Shown here: positions 41,670 to 49,819 of the stretch, piece after piece
Layout: each line of letters starts with the position of its first letter
Position numbering within the stretch: the stretch's first letter is position 1
From: an uncultured Gemmatimonadales bacterium
GTDB taxonomy: Bacteria > Gemmatimonadota > Gemmatimonadetes > Longimicrobiales > Longimicrobiaceae
Direction: 5' to 3'
Length of the DNA: 64,000 bases
Assembly: GCA_963716255.1 (NCBI GenBank)
Contig: OY970303.1
Span: 1,216,001-1,280,000, forward strand
Program-made: the position numbers and the translations under genes
Notes under the pieces: model-generated
What the model was told of the DNA's origin: nothing
What the model saw: only the letters and a program-made list of their open reading frames with translations
Databases searched by the model: none

Positions 41670-41882
41670 ATGAGGAAAAAGCTGATGCTGCTTTCCGCGC
41701 TGACCTGTGTGGTCGGAGGCTCGGCTCTCCTGGCGCCGACCCCGGCGTTCAGCCAGACGGCCCTCCCCACCTGCTCGAGCATGCTCCACAAGCGCTGCAC
41801 GACGCAGTACCTGGAGTGCACGCTCCCCAACGGCCAGAGCGACTGGCTGATCTGCTGGCAGGGCGGCTACGCGTGGGCCTGA
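41670..41882 (+). CDS. Secreted 4-Cys peptide 1
   Basis: AAGGA RBS; MRKKLMLLSALTCVVGGSALLAPTPAFSQ then C-x7-C-x6-C-x11-C. Confidence 0.88.
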   Translation: MRKKLMLLSALTCVVGGSALLAPTPAFSQTALPTCSSMLHKRCTTQYLECTLPNGQSDWLICWQGGYAWA

Positions 41883-41931
41883 GGAGGCCGGACCGTACGC
41901 CGGACGCCACAACCATCACGAGGAGGCACGG

Positions 41932-42156
41932 GTGAGAAACCGGCTGATGCTCAGCGCGGCGCTGACGTGCCTGGCCGGGGCCTCGGCGCTGCTGGCGCCG
42001 GCCGCGGCGCAGAGACGCTACCCGCCATGCGGAGCCCTGGTGTACTCGGACTGCCCGGAGACCGCGGCGACACAGATCTGCGCCGATGACCATGGCAACC
42101 TCCGCACGCTGGCCTGCAACGACAGCAACACCTGGGAGCTCTACTCGCCGCACTGA
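41932..42156 (+). CDS. Secreted 4-Cys peptide 2
   Basis: AGGAGG RBS, GTG start; MRNRLMLSAALTCLAGASALLAPAAAQ then C-x7-C-x8-C-x11-C. Confidence 0.88.
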   Translation: MRNRLMLSAALTCLAGASALLAPAAAQRRYPPCGALVYSDCPETAATQICADDHGNLRTLACNDSNTWELYSPH

Positions 42157-42209
42157 CCCGCTTCGTGGAAGCGCACGGGTGCGAGGCATCCCGATATCCT
42201 GGAGGAGCC

Positions 42210-42416
42210 ATGAGAAACAAGCTGCTGGTGCTCTCGGCCCTGACGTGCATCGCGGGCGGGTCGGTCCTGGCGGCTCCCGCCGCCGGGCGGGCCGCCTGGC
42301 CCGACTGCGACCAGTTCCGCGGGACCGCCTGCGGCACGCCGGGCGCGTCCATGACCTGCCAGTGGGAAGGACGCTACATGGATGTGCTGTACTGCTTCAA
42401 CGGCACCTGGGAGTAG
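42210..42416 (+). CDS. Secreted 4-Cys peptide 3
   Basis: GGAGG RBS; MRNKLLVLSALTCIAGGSVLAAP then C-x7-C-x8-C-x11-CFNGTW. Confidence 0.88.
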   Translation: MRNKLLVLSALTCIAGGSVLAAPAAGRAAWPDCDQFRGTACGTPGASMTCQWEGRYMDVLYCFNGTWE

Positions 42417-42447
42417 GAAGAGACCACTCACCTGCACGGGAGAAGTC

Positions 42448-42660
42448 ATGAGAAGAAAGCTGATCCTGTTGTCCGCCCTCACCTGCCTCGCGGGAGGCTC
42501 GACGCTGCTGGCGCAGGCGCAGGCGCAGAGCAAAGTACCGCCGTGTGAAGAGGTGATCGGGACGGAGTGCGACGGGGGATCCATGCTGTGCACGACGGCC
42601 TGGGGAGCCCCTGAAACCCTCTTCTGCTACGACGACGGCATCTGGAACTGGGGGTGGTGA
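42448..42660 (+). CDS. Secreted 4-Cys peptide 4
   Basis: GGAG RBS; MRRKLILLSALTCLAGGSTLLAQ then C-x7-C-x6-C-x11-CYDDGIW. Confidence 0.88.
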   Translation: MRRKLILLSALTCLAGGSTLLAQAQAQSKVPPCEEVIGTECDGGSMLCTTAWGAPETLFCYDDGIWNWGW

Positions 42661-42754
42661 AGCGGACCTTCCGGAGCCGGATCGGGAGGTGACGGGTCGG
42701 CACCGGCGATCTTTTGCCCACCGGATCCACTCCACGACCCGCGTTCAGGAAGCC

Positions 42755-42967
42755 ATGCGAAGGAAGCTGATGGTGCTCGCCGCCCTGAACTGCGCTGCGG
42801 GCGGCTGGCTCCTGGGCCCGGCGTCGGCGCAGCCCCGCTCCATCCTGTACTGCGACCGGGTCGTGGGTACGGCGTGCTCGGGGCCGGTGTACACAACCAC
42901 CTGCGTCTACAGCGGGGGCGGCTCGGCGGTCATCCACTGCACCAACGGAAAGTGGGTCTACGCCTGA
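42755..42967 (+). CDS. Secreted 4-Cys peptide 5
   Basis: AGGA RBS; MRRKLMVLAALNCAAGGWLLGPASAQ then C-x7-C-x8-C-x11-CTNGKW. Confidence 0.88.
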   Translation: MRRKLMVLAALNCAAGGWLLGPASAQPRSILYCDRVVGTACSGPVYTTTCVYSGGGSAVIHCTNGKWVYA

Positions 42968-43007
42968 CCCGCCGCCATCCATCTCCACGACGCGCAAGGA
43001 GCGAGAC

Positions 43008-43220
43008 ATGAGAAAGAAGCTGCTCGTGCTTTCCGCGCTGACCTGCATCGCCGGGGGGTCCGCCCTCCTGGCCCCGGCCACGGCCCAGGGCGCCCTCACG
43101 CCGTGCGAGTCCCTGCGAGGCCAGCGGTGCAGTCCGAACGGCTCCCTGACCACCTGTACGGACCCGTACGGGGAGAACGTGCTCATGGCGTGCGTGGGCG
43201 GCAGGTGGCAGTACTTCTGA
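43008..43220 (+). CDS. Secreted 4-Cys peptide 6
   Basis: AAGGAG RBS; MRKKLLVLSALTCIAGGSALLAPATAQ then C-x7-C-x8-C-x11-CVGGRW. Confidence 0.88.
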   Translation: MRKKLLVLSALTCIAGGSALLAPATAQGALTPCESLRGQRCSPNGSLTTCTDPYGENVLMACVGGRWQYF

Positions 43221-43258
43221 TCCCGGGTCCGTCCGCAACGGCTTTGAACGGCATGCTT

Positions 43259-43391
43259 GGGCGTGCCCCCGGCTGGCGCCGGGGTCGGGCTTCGGCTCCG
43301 TAGCAGACGAAACTACCGTCTGCAACGGAGTCGAGCCCCGGCGGAAACAGCCCCGCCGGGTCTCGCCCCTTCGGGCCGAAATCCCTCACGC
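43259..43391 (+). repeat. Structured repeat family A, copy 4 (inside the peptide array)
   Basis: Aligns with the other copies; its hairpin-2 stem has a different sequence but still pairs. Confidence 0.92.
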
Positions 43392-43456
43392 GGGTACTTG
43401 CCTGGCCTCGGTCACCGACGGTCGATCGTGTCACCCCCTACTCATCGGAGGTCGTC

Positions 43457-43672
43457 ATGCGTAGAAAGATCCTCGCGCTGTCGTCGCTGGTCTGCATTGT
43501 CGGCAGCGGCGCGCTGCTTTCCCCGGCATCGGCGTCGGCCCGGAACGACGAGCTGCCCTGCATCGATTTCCAGGACGGCCCCTGCTCCTACGAGAACCGG
43601 ATCATGCTCTGCGACGCCGGCGGCTACGTGCACGGGCTGATCTGCACGGACGGCACGTGGACCTGGTTGTGA
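43457..43672 (+). CDS. Secreted 4-Cys peptide 7
   Basis: GGAGG RBS; MRRKILALSSLVCIVGSGALLSPASASA then C-x7-C-x8-C-x10-CTDGTW. Confidence 0.88.
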   Translation: MRRKILALSSLVCIVGSGALLSPASASARNDELPCIDFQDGPCSYENRIMLCDAGGYVHGLICTDGTWTWL

Positions 43673-43731
43673 CCATGGAGCACAGCGGAGGAAGGACGCG
43701 GATTCCCGGCCGGTAGCCTGGAAAGCGTGGC

Positions 43732-43758
43732 GGGGCGGCACCGCGATGGTGCCGCCCC
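43732..43758. terminator. Hairpin after peptide 7, duplicated after peptide 8
   Basis: GGGGCGGCACC-GCGAT-GGTGCCGCCCC. Confidence 0.55.
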
Positions 43759-43806
43759 CGCATCGGCTCCGCACTCGTTCGTGTCAAACCTGCACCGGAA
43801 ACAACG

Positions 43807-44025
43807 ATGAGAAGAAAACTGATAGGGATCTCCGTCCTCACCTGCCTCGTAGGGGGCTCGGCGCTGGTCGCTCCTGTACGCTCGCAGAGCAGCTACCCGT
43901 TGTGTGAGGGCACGCGAGGGACCCCCTGCACCGGAGATGGATCCAGGTCGTGCCAGCTGGAGGACAGCGATCTGCTCGGTGTACAGATCTGCATCGACGG
44001 GACCTGGCAGATATCCGCTGCGTAG
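43807..44025 (+). CDS. Secreted 4-Cys peptide 8
   Basis: MRRKLIGISVLTCLVGGSALVAPVRSQ then C-x7-C-x7-C-x12-CIDGTW. Confidence 0.85.
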   Translation: MRRKLIGISVLTCLVGGSALVAPVRSQSSYPLCEGTRGTPCTGDGSRSCQLEDSDLLGVQICIDGTWQISAA

Positions 44026-44081
44026 GAACGACGGCACGCGACACGGGCCGGGAGGGCTGTGCAGCGGGTAGAAGGAAAAAC

Positions 44082-44108
44082 GGGGCGGCACCGCGATGGT
44101 GCCGCCCC
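44082..44108. terminator. Hairpin after peptide 8; may also terminate smc
   Basis: Identical to 43732-43758; preceded by AAAAA, which is a T-tail on the minus strand. Confidence 0.6.
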
Positions 44109-44130
44109 GCCGTCGTTGCAGTTCGCACTT

Positions 44131-44288
44131 CCCGCAGTACCCCCATAATCTGTCACGGAGGGAGACAGCCGGGCTGTTTCGGCTGGCTCACTCCGGCGCA
44201 GGGAGACCCGGAGGCAGTTTTCCGGGGCTCCCGGAGCCCGCGGAGGAGACCGGCAGCAGTACCGCCGGGCTCCGCAGCGGCCCCAGCC
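44131..44288 (-). repeat. Structured repeat family B, copy 3
   Basis: Aligns with 30027-30186 and with the reverse complement of 2434-2592. Confidence 0.85.
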
Positions 44289-44304
44289 AGGACACGTCAG
44301 AACG

Positions 44305-47300
44305 TCACGCCACCCGCTCCTTGTCCGTCAGCGCCCACGCCCCCTCCAGCTCCACCCCCACGAGCGAAGAAACGCCGGGCTCCTCCATGGTGACCCCGTA
44401 GATCCAGTCGGCGGCCTCCATGGTGCGCGGGTTGTGGGTGATGACCACGAACTGCGTCCCCGCCTTGAAGTCCTGGAGCAGCTGGATGAACCGGCCCACG
44501 TTGCTCTCGTCCAGCGGCGCGTCCACCTCGTCGAAGAGGCAGAACGGCGACGGCTTCACCAGGTAGATGGCGAAGAGCAGCGACAGCGCGGTGAGCGTTC
44601 GCTCGCCCCCGGAAAGCAGGTGGATGCGCTGCGTCTTCTTGCCGCGCGGCGAGGCGTGGATCTCGATGGGCGACTCCAGCGGGTCGTCCGGGTCGGCGAG
44701 CCACACGTCGCACTCGCCGCCCAGGAAGAGCGAGTGGAAGGTGCGGTGGAAGTTGCCGCGCACGGTGTCGAAGGTCTCCTGGAACACTTCGCGCGCGGTC
44801 TTGTTGATCTGGCGGATGGCGGAGGCCAGGTCGTCGCGCGCCTTGGTCAGGTCCGCGCGCTGCTCCTGGAGGAAGGTGAGGCGGCGCTCCTCCTCTTCGT
44901 GCTCCTGCACGGCGAGCATGTTGATGGGCCCCAGCGCGTCCACCTGCTGCGCCAGCTCGCGGACCTCGGCGCGCCACCCCTCGGGGGTGCCCTCCTCCAC
45001 CGGGCCCGCGGCGGCGAGCAGCGCCTCCCAGGGACGGCCCCACTCGGCCTCCAGGCGGTCGCGCGCGCGCTCCATGCGGCCGCTCCACTCGGCGCTCTCC
45101 AGCTCCAGCCGGTGCCGCTCCTCGGACGCCTCGGCCTCGCGGCGCCGGCCGACGCGGGCGCGCTCCTCGCACTCGCGCACCTCGTGCTCGATGTCGGCCA
45201 GGCGGGCGTCCACGCCCTGAAGCTCGGCGGCGGCGCGGTCGCGGTCGGCGAACAGCGCTTCCACCTCGTCGCCGGCGCGCTCGCGCACGCCGGAGAGCCC
45301 TTCCAGCGAGCGGAGCAGCTCGCCGGCCTCCGCGTCGATGGTCCGCTCGCGGCGCTCGGCGCCCTCGCGTCCCTGCGTGGCGGCGGCCAGGCGCCGCTCG
45401 GTCTCGCGGAGGTCGGCCTCGCCGCGGGCCACGGCCACGCGCAGCTCGGATTCCTCGTCGCGGGCGGACTCCCAGGCGCCCTCCAGCTCGGACAGCCCGG
45501 AGGCGGCGCGCGCCACTTCGATGCCGGCCTCGGCGGCGGCGCGGCGCAGCTCTTCCAGCCGCGCGTCCAGCTCGCGGGCGCGCCCGGCGGCCTCGGCCGC
45601 CTGGCCGCGGGCGGCGGCCAGGGCGCGCACCGCCTCGTCGTGGTCGCGCTCCAGGCGGGCGCGGCGGTGGGAGTGCGCGGCGCTCTCGGCGTCCAGGCGG
45701 CGCAGCTCGGCCTCGGTGACGCGGCGCACCTCCTCGGCCTCGCGGGCGCGCTCCTCGGCGAGGGACAGGCCCTCGGCGAGCCCGTCGCGCTCGCGCGCGG
45801 CGTGGTCGCGCTCAGCTTCCGCCTCGTCGCGCGCGGCGCGCAGGCGGGCCAGCGCCTCGCGCCGCGCCAGGATCCCCTCGCCGCTCACGGGCTGGCCCAG
45901 GCGGACCACGCCGCGGGGGTCCACCGTGTCGCCCAGGGCGTCCACGCGCGGCCCGGCGGAGTACGCGGCCAGCTCGTCCTCGCCGCCGAGCACCACCAGC
46001 CCGGCCAGGAAGGCGTCCACCCACTCGCGCCCGGCGCCGGACCCCGCCACGCCGCCGGCCTCGCCGGAGGCGGCCCGCTCGCCCCCGCGCACGCCCGGGG
46101 CGTCCAGGGGGAGCAGCAGCAGCGTCCCCCCGCCCTTCCACTCCCGGCGGAACCACTCGCGCACGGCGCGCGCGGCGGCCAGGTCCTCCACCACCACACC
46201 GTGCAGAAGCGTCCCCAGGAACGACTCCACGGCGGCCGCGGCGAGGGCGTCGGCCCGCGCGGCGCTGACGAAGTCGGCGAGCGGGCCCAGCACGCCGGGG
46301 AAGCGGCCGCGCAGCGTCATCAGCTTCGCCACCGCGGGGGAGAACCCTTCGTAGCTGCGCTCCAGCGCCTCGCGCGCGGCCACCTGGGAGGCGAGCCGCG
46401 ACAGGCGGTCATCGGCGGCGCGCAGGGCGCCCTGCGCGGCGGACTCGCGCCCGCGCAGGACGCGGATCTCCTCGCGGGCGGTCTCCACCGCCTCGGCGGC
46501 GCCCTCCAGGCGCAGGCGCAGCGCCCCCGCCTGGTCCGCCCACAGCTCGGTCTGGGCGCCGGCCTGCGACAGCTCGGCCTCCAGCTGCTCGCGCTGCGGG
46601 CCCAGGCGCGCCAGCCGCTCGGCGGCTTCGCGCTCGCGGCGCTCCACCGCGCCGCGCTCCCCCTCGGCGGCGGCGATCTCGCGGGCCAGGTCGCGCGAGC
46701 GCACGGAGGCGCGCTCGCTCTCGCCGCGGTGGCGGGCGAGGGTGGCGCGGATGGCCTCGTTCTCCTCGGCGCGGCGCTCCAGGAGCTCGCGCACGCCCTC
46801 CAGCGACTCCGCGGCGCGGCGGCGCTCCGCCTCCAGGCGCTCCGCTTCGGCGGCGAGGGCGGCGGCGCGGCCGCGCACTTCCTGCCTTTCGCGGACCAGC
46901 TGCTCGATGCGCAGCTCGGCGTGCGAGCGGCGCTCGTCGGCCAGCAGCATCTCGCGCTCGCGGGCGTCCAGCCGGCGGCGCAGGTCGTCCAGGCGCGCCG
47001 CGGCGGCGGCGCGGGCGCGGCCCAGCTCGGCGGCCTCGGCGCGGCGCTCTTCCAGCGTCGCTTCGGCGGCGCTGCGGCCGGCGCGGGCCACCTGCTCGTC
47101 CCCGGCGAGCGTGGCGCGGCGGGCCGCGGCCTGCGCCAGCGCCGCCGTGAGCGCCTCCACCTCGCCGTGGGCGACCGCCACCTCCAGGTCCAGGCGGCGC
47201 GCCTGGAGCTCGGCGTGGCGCTGCGCCTTGCGGCGCTGGCGGGACAGCGCGCGGGTCTTGCTTTCCACCTCGGCCACCAGGTCGCCCAGGCGCTGCAGGT

Positions 47301-47859
47301 CGCCCTCGGCCTGCTCCAGGCGGCGCTGCGCGGCGCGGCGGCGGTCCTTGTACTTGCCGATGCCGGCGGCCTCCTCGAAGAGCGCGCGGCGCTCCTCGGC
47401 GCGCTCGCTGAGCATGGTGTCGATCATCCCCGCCTCGATCACCGAGTAGGCGTTGGCGCCCAGCCCGGTGTCCCGCAGCAGGTCGTGGATGTCGCGGAGG
47501 CGGCAGGAGTTGCGGTTCAGTGCGTACTCGCTTCCCCCCTCGCGGAACACCTTGCGGGTGATCTCGATCTCGCTCTGCGGGAGGGCGACCTGGCCGTCCT
47601 CGTTGGAAAAGATCAGCGAGACCTCGGCGAAGTTGAGCGGCCGCCGCCGGGTGGTGCCCTGGAAGATCACCTCCTCCATCTTGGCGCCGCGGACCGCGCT
47701 GGCCCGCTGCTCGCCCATCACCCAGCGGATGGAGTCGGCGACGTTGGACTTGCCGCAGCCGTTGGAGCCCACGATCGCGGTGACGCCGTCGCGGAACTCG
47801 ATGCTGGTGCGGTCGGCGAACGACTTGAAGCCGTGCAGGCGGAGCGAGCGGAGCTTCAT
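44305..47859 (-). CDS. smc: Chromosome segregation protein SMC
   Basis: MKLRSLRLHGFKSF, GSNGCGKSN, coiled coils and hinge, LSGGE, DEVDAPLD; true ATG at 47859. Confidence 0.97.
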   Translation of the reverse strand: MKLRSLRLHGFKSFADRTSIEFRDGVTAIVGSNGCGKSNVADSIRWVMGEQRASAVRGAKMEEVIFQGTTRRRPLNFAEVSLIFSNEDGQVALPQSEIEITRKVFREGGSEYALNRNSCRLRDIHDLLRDTGLGANAYSVIEAGMIDTMLSERAEERRALFEEAAGIGKYKDRRRAAQRRLEQAEGDLQRLGDLVAEVESKTRALSRQRRKAQRHAELQARRLDLEVAVAHGEVEALTAALAQAAARRATLAGDEQVARAGRSAAEATLEERRAEAAELGRARAAAAARLDDLRRRLDAREREMLLADERRSHAELRIEQLVRERQEVRGRAAALAAEAERLEAERRRAAESLEGVRELLERRAEENEAIRATLARHRGESERASVRSRDLAREIAAAEGERGAVERREREAAERLARLGPQREQLEAELSQAGAQTELWADQAGALRLRLEGAAEAVETAREEIRVLRGRESAAQGALRAADDRLSRLASQVAAREALERSYEGFSPAVAKLMTLRGRFPGVLGPLADFVSAARADALAAAAVESFLGTLLHGVVVEDLAAARAVREWFRREWKGGGTLLLLPLDAPGVRGGERAASGEAGGVAGSGAGREWVDAFLAGLVVLGGEDELAAYSAGPRVDALGDTVDPRGVVRLGQPVSGEGILARREALARLRAARDEAEAERDHAARERDGLAEGLSLAEERAREAEEVRRVTEAELRRLDAESAAHSHRRARLERDHDEAVRALAAARGQAAEAAGRARELDARLEELRRAAAEAGIEVARAASGLSELEGAWESARDEESELRVAVARGEADLRETERRLAAATQGREGAERRERTIDAEAGELLRSLEGLSGVRERAGDEVEALFADRDRAAAELQGVDARLADIEHEVRECEERARVGRRREAEASEERHRLELESAEWSGRMERARDRLEAEWGRPWEALLAAAGPVEEGTPEGWRAEVRELAQQVDALGPINMLAVQEHEEEERRLTFLQEQRADLTKARDDLASAIRQINKTAREVFQETFDTVRGNFHRTFHSLFLGGECDVWLADPDDPLESPIEIHASPRGKKTQRIHLLSGGERTLTALSLLFAIYLVKPSPFCLFDEVDAPLDESNVGRFIQLLQDFKAGTQFVVITHNPRTMEAADWIYGVTMEEPGVSSLVGVELEGAWALTDKERVA

Positions 47860-49472
47860 TCCCGCGGGGTGGGCTGCGTCCCGACGCGCTCCACGAGACG
47901 CGCGTCGATCCGCCTGTCGGACAGGATGCGGCGCATCCCCTCGGCGCTCACGCTGTCGCGGAAGGCGCCGCCGTAGACGCGCCAGAGCTCGCCGCCGCCG
48001 GCGCCCGGGAGCGGCACGGCGTACGCGGGGACCTGGCGGCGGAGGAGGGAGTCGGCGTGGGCGCGGGCGGCGGCGCGGTCCGGGAACTCGCCCAGGTCGA
48101 AGGCGAGCGGGGTGAACTGCACCAGGCTCCCGGTCCCCTCCTGGGCGTCGGACGCCTCCACCAGCTTGGCGTACACCAGCTGCTGCTGGAGCCGCGAAGC
48201 CTGCGCGGTGTCGGGGAGAGTGCCGGCCATCACCTTGTAGTACAGCACGTTGCCCACCAGCTCGGGCGACACGTACAGGGGCACGCCGGAGAGCCGCGCG
48301 GAGTCGCCCTCCAGCATCTGGCGGGCGGCGCGCAGCGAGGCGAAGGCCTTTGCCTGCACCGAGTAGGGGAGCGCGACCCCCGCCGCGGCGGGAGCGGCCG
48401 CCGGGGCGGCGGGGGCGGCCGCGGGGCGGGCGGCGGCGGAGTCGGCGGCCGGGCGCGCGGCGCCGCGGCCCAGGATCCCGGCGAAGAGGCCGGGATTGGC
48501 GCGGTTGACGAAGTCCGCGACGAAGTACACGGCCACGGCGCCCAGCAGCACCAGCAGCACGGCGCGCAGCCAGTTGCGCCTGGGGGGCACGATCACGCGC
48601 TCCGCGGCCATGGCGGGAGGCGGGTCGCGGAGGTCGGCTTCGCGCGTCTTCACCGCCCCCGCCGGGAGGGTGCTCGCCGGGATCCCGTCGGCGTACTCGC
48701 CCAGCAGCCGGTCCTGGCGCTCCTGGTAGGGGTCCGTCCAGGGGATCACCTCCGTTTCCGGCGGCCGGGGCTCGCCGGCCTGGAGGAGGGTGGCGTCGTC
48801 CTCCGGCCCGGCCGGCGGCGCCGCGGGCTCCTCGCGGATCTCCGCAGGCCCGGCCGCGGCAACGGGGGCGGACCCTGGAGGGGCGGCCACGGCGTGCACG
48901 CGCAGCCCGGCGGGGAGGCGCGCGGCGTCCGGCTCGCCCAGGAGCACCGCCGCGGAGGCCCACTCCGCCAGCGAAGCCAGGCCGGCGGCAGCGGCCGGGA
49001 CGAAGAGGAGGAGCGTGGCCTGCGCGTCGGCGAAGCCCGCGGCGATCCGGGGCCAGCGCGGGTGGCGCAGCACGGCGTCCGGGTCCTCGGTGTAGGTGCC
49101 GGCGGAGATCAGGTAGAAGCCGCGGCCGGGGACGGGACGCGCCGTGCGCGACAGCGAGGCCCCGTACAGGAACACGTCAACCACCCCGTCCAGGTTGGGC
49201 TCCCCCAGCCGCTCGTGGACCAGGGCGTCCTGCAGGTGCAGGTCGGCGAGCACCACCCGCCTCCCCGCGCGCGCCCACCCGGTGGCCAGCGCCACCGCCG
49301 CGTCCGCGGCCCACGCGCGGTCCCCCGCCGCGTCCACCAGCAGCACCACCGGCTCGCCCCGTCCCGCGGCGCTCCACTCCAGCGCGGACGGGAGCGGGCC
49401 CACGGCCGGGTCCAGGTCGATAGCGGTCGGCAGCGCCGGGCCGCCGGTCGGGTGCGGGGGAAGTTCGCTCAT
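47856..49472 (-). CDS. Bitopic protein: degenerate MinD/BY-kinase-like N-domain, TM helix and SPOR-like C-terminal region
   Basis: LATGWARAGRRVVLADLHL...GVVDVF...LISAG with no Walker A; TM LLVLLGAVAVYFV; YSVQAKAF...YYKVMAG and WRVYGGAF SPOR-like motifs; GGAGG RBS. Confidence 0.7.
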   Translation of the reverse strand: MSELPPHPTGGPALPTAIDLDPAVGPLPSALEWSAAGRGEPVVLLVDAAGDRAWAADAAVALATGWARAGRRVVLADLHLQDALVHERLGEPNLDGVVDVFLYGASLSRTARPVPGRGFYLISAGTYTEDPDAVLRHPRWPRIAAGFADAQATLLLFVPAAAAGLASLAEWASAAVLLGEPDAARLPAGLRVHAVAAPPGSAPVAAAGPAEIREEPAAPPAGPEDDATLLQAGEPRPPETEVIPWTDPYQERQDRLLGEYADGIPASTLPAGAVKTREADLRDPPPAMAAERVIVPPRRNWLRAVLLVLLGAVAVYFVADFVNRANPGLFAGILGRGAARPAADSAAARPAAAPAAPAAAPAAAGVALPYSVQAKAFASLRAARQMLEGDSARLSGVPLYVSPELVGNVLYYKVMAGTLPDTAQASRLQQQLVYAKLVEASDAQEGTGSLVQFTPLAFDLGEFPDRAAARAHADSLLRRQVPAYAVPLPGAGGGELWRVYGGAFRDSVSAEGMRRILSDRRIDARLVERVGTQPTPRE

Positions 49473-49663
49473 GTCGGTACGGAGGTCCCTTTCGGGGAAA
49501 AGGGTGCGGACACCGCTACGGGACGCGTGGCGACGAGAGGGCGCGAAGCTGTGAAACGGGGAAAGTTAGGGACGGACCCGAGCCCCCCGCAAGCGGTTGC
49601 GCGGGTCTGGCGGACAATCGGGAGCTTTTGCATCTAGGAGAGCTGGGACACGCTCCGGCGCCC

Positions 49664-49790
49664 GCGTGAGGGATGCGAGCGCGAAGCGGCGAGACCCGCG
49701 GGCAGTTTCGCGGGGCTCGCCTCCGTTACGCAGCGTTGTTTGCTGCGTTACGGAGCCGCAGCCCGACCCCGCGCCAGCGGGGGGACGCCC
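49664..49790 (-). repeat. Structured repeat family A, copy 5 (most divergent)
   Basis: Reverse complement aligns with the other copies, with several compensatory substitutions. Confidence 0.85.
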
Positions 49791-49819
49791 GAACGGGGCA
49801 GTCGCCGTTCAGCGGGAGA

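Noticed and set aside
41670..44025. Classical RiPP cluster (lanthipeptide, sactipeptide/ranthipeptide) or integron cassette array
   Set aside because: No modification enzyme, C39 transporter or integrase is adjacent, and I see no attC-like sites between the genes. The leaders are basic-hydrophobic and Sec-like, and four Cys in the mature region fits two disulfides.
44305..48963. 1552-aa SMC with a long N-terminal extension
   Set aside because: The extension is an alternative frame of the upstream SPOR-like gene. SMC starts at ATG 47859 (MKLRSLRLHGFKSF).
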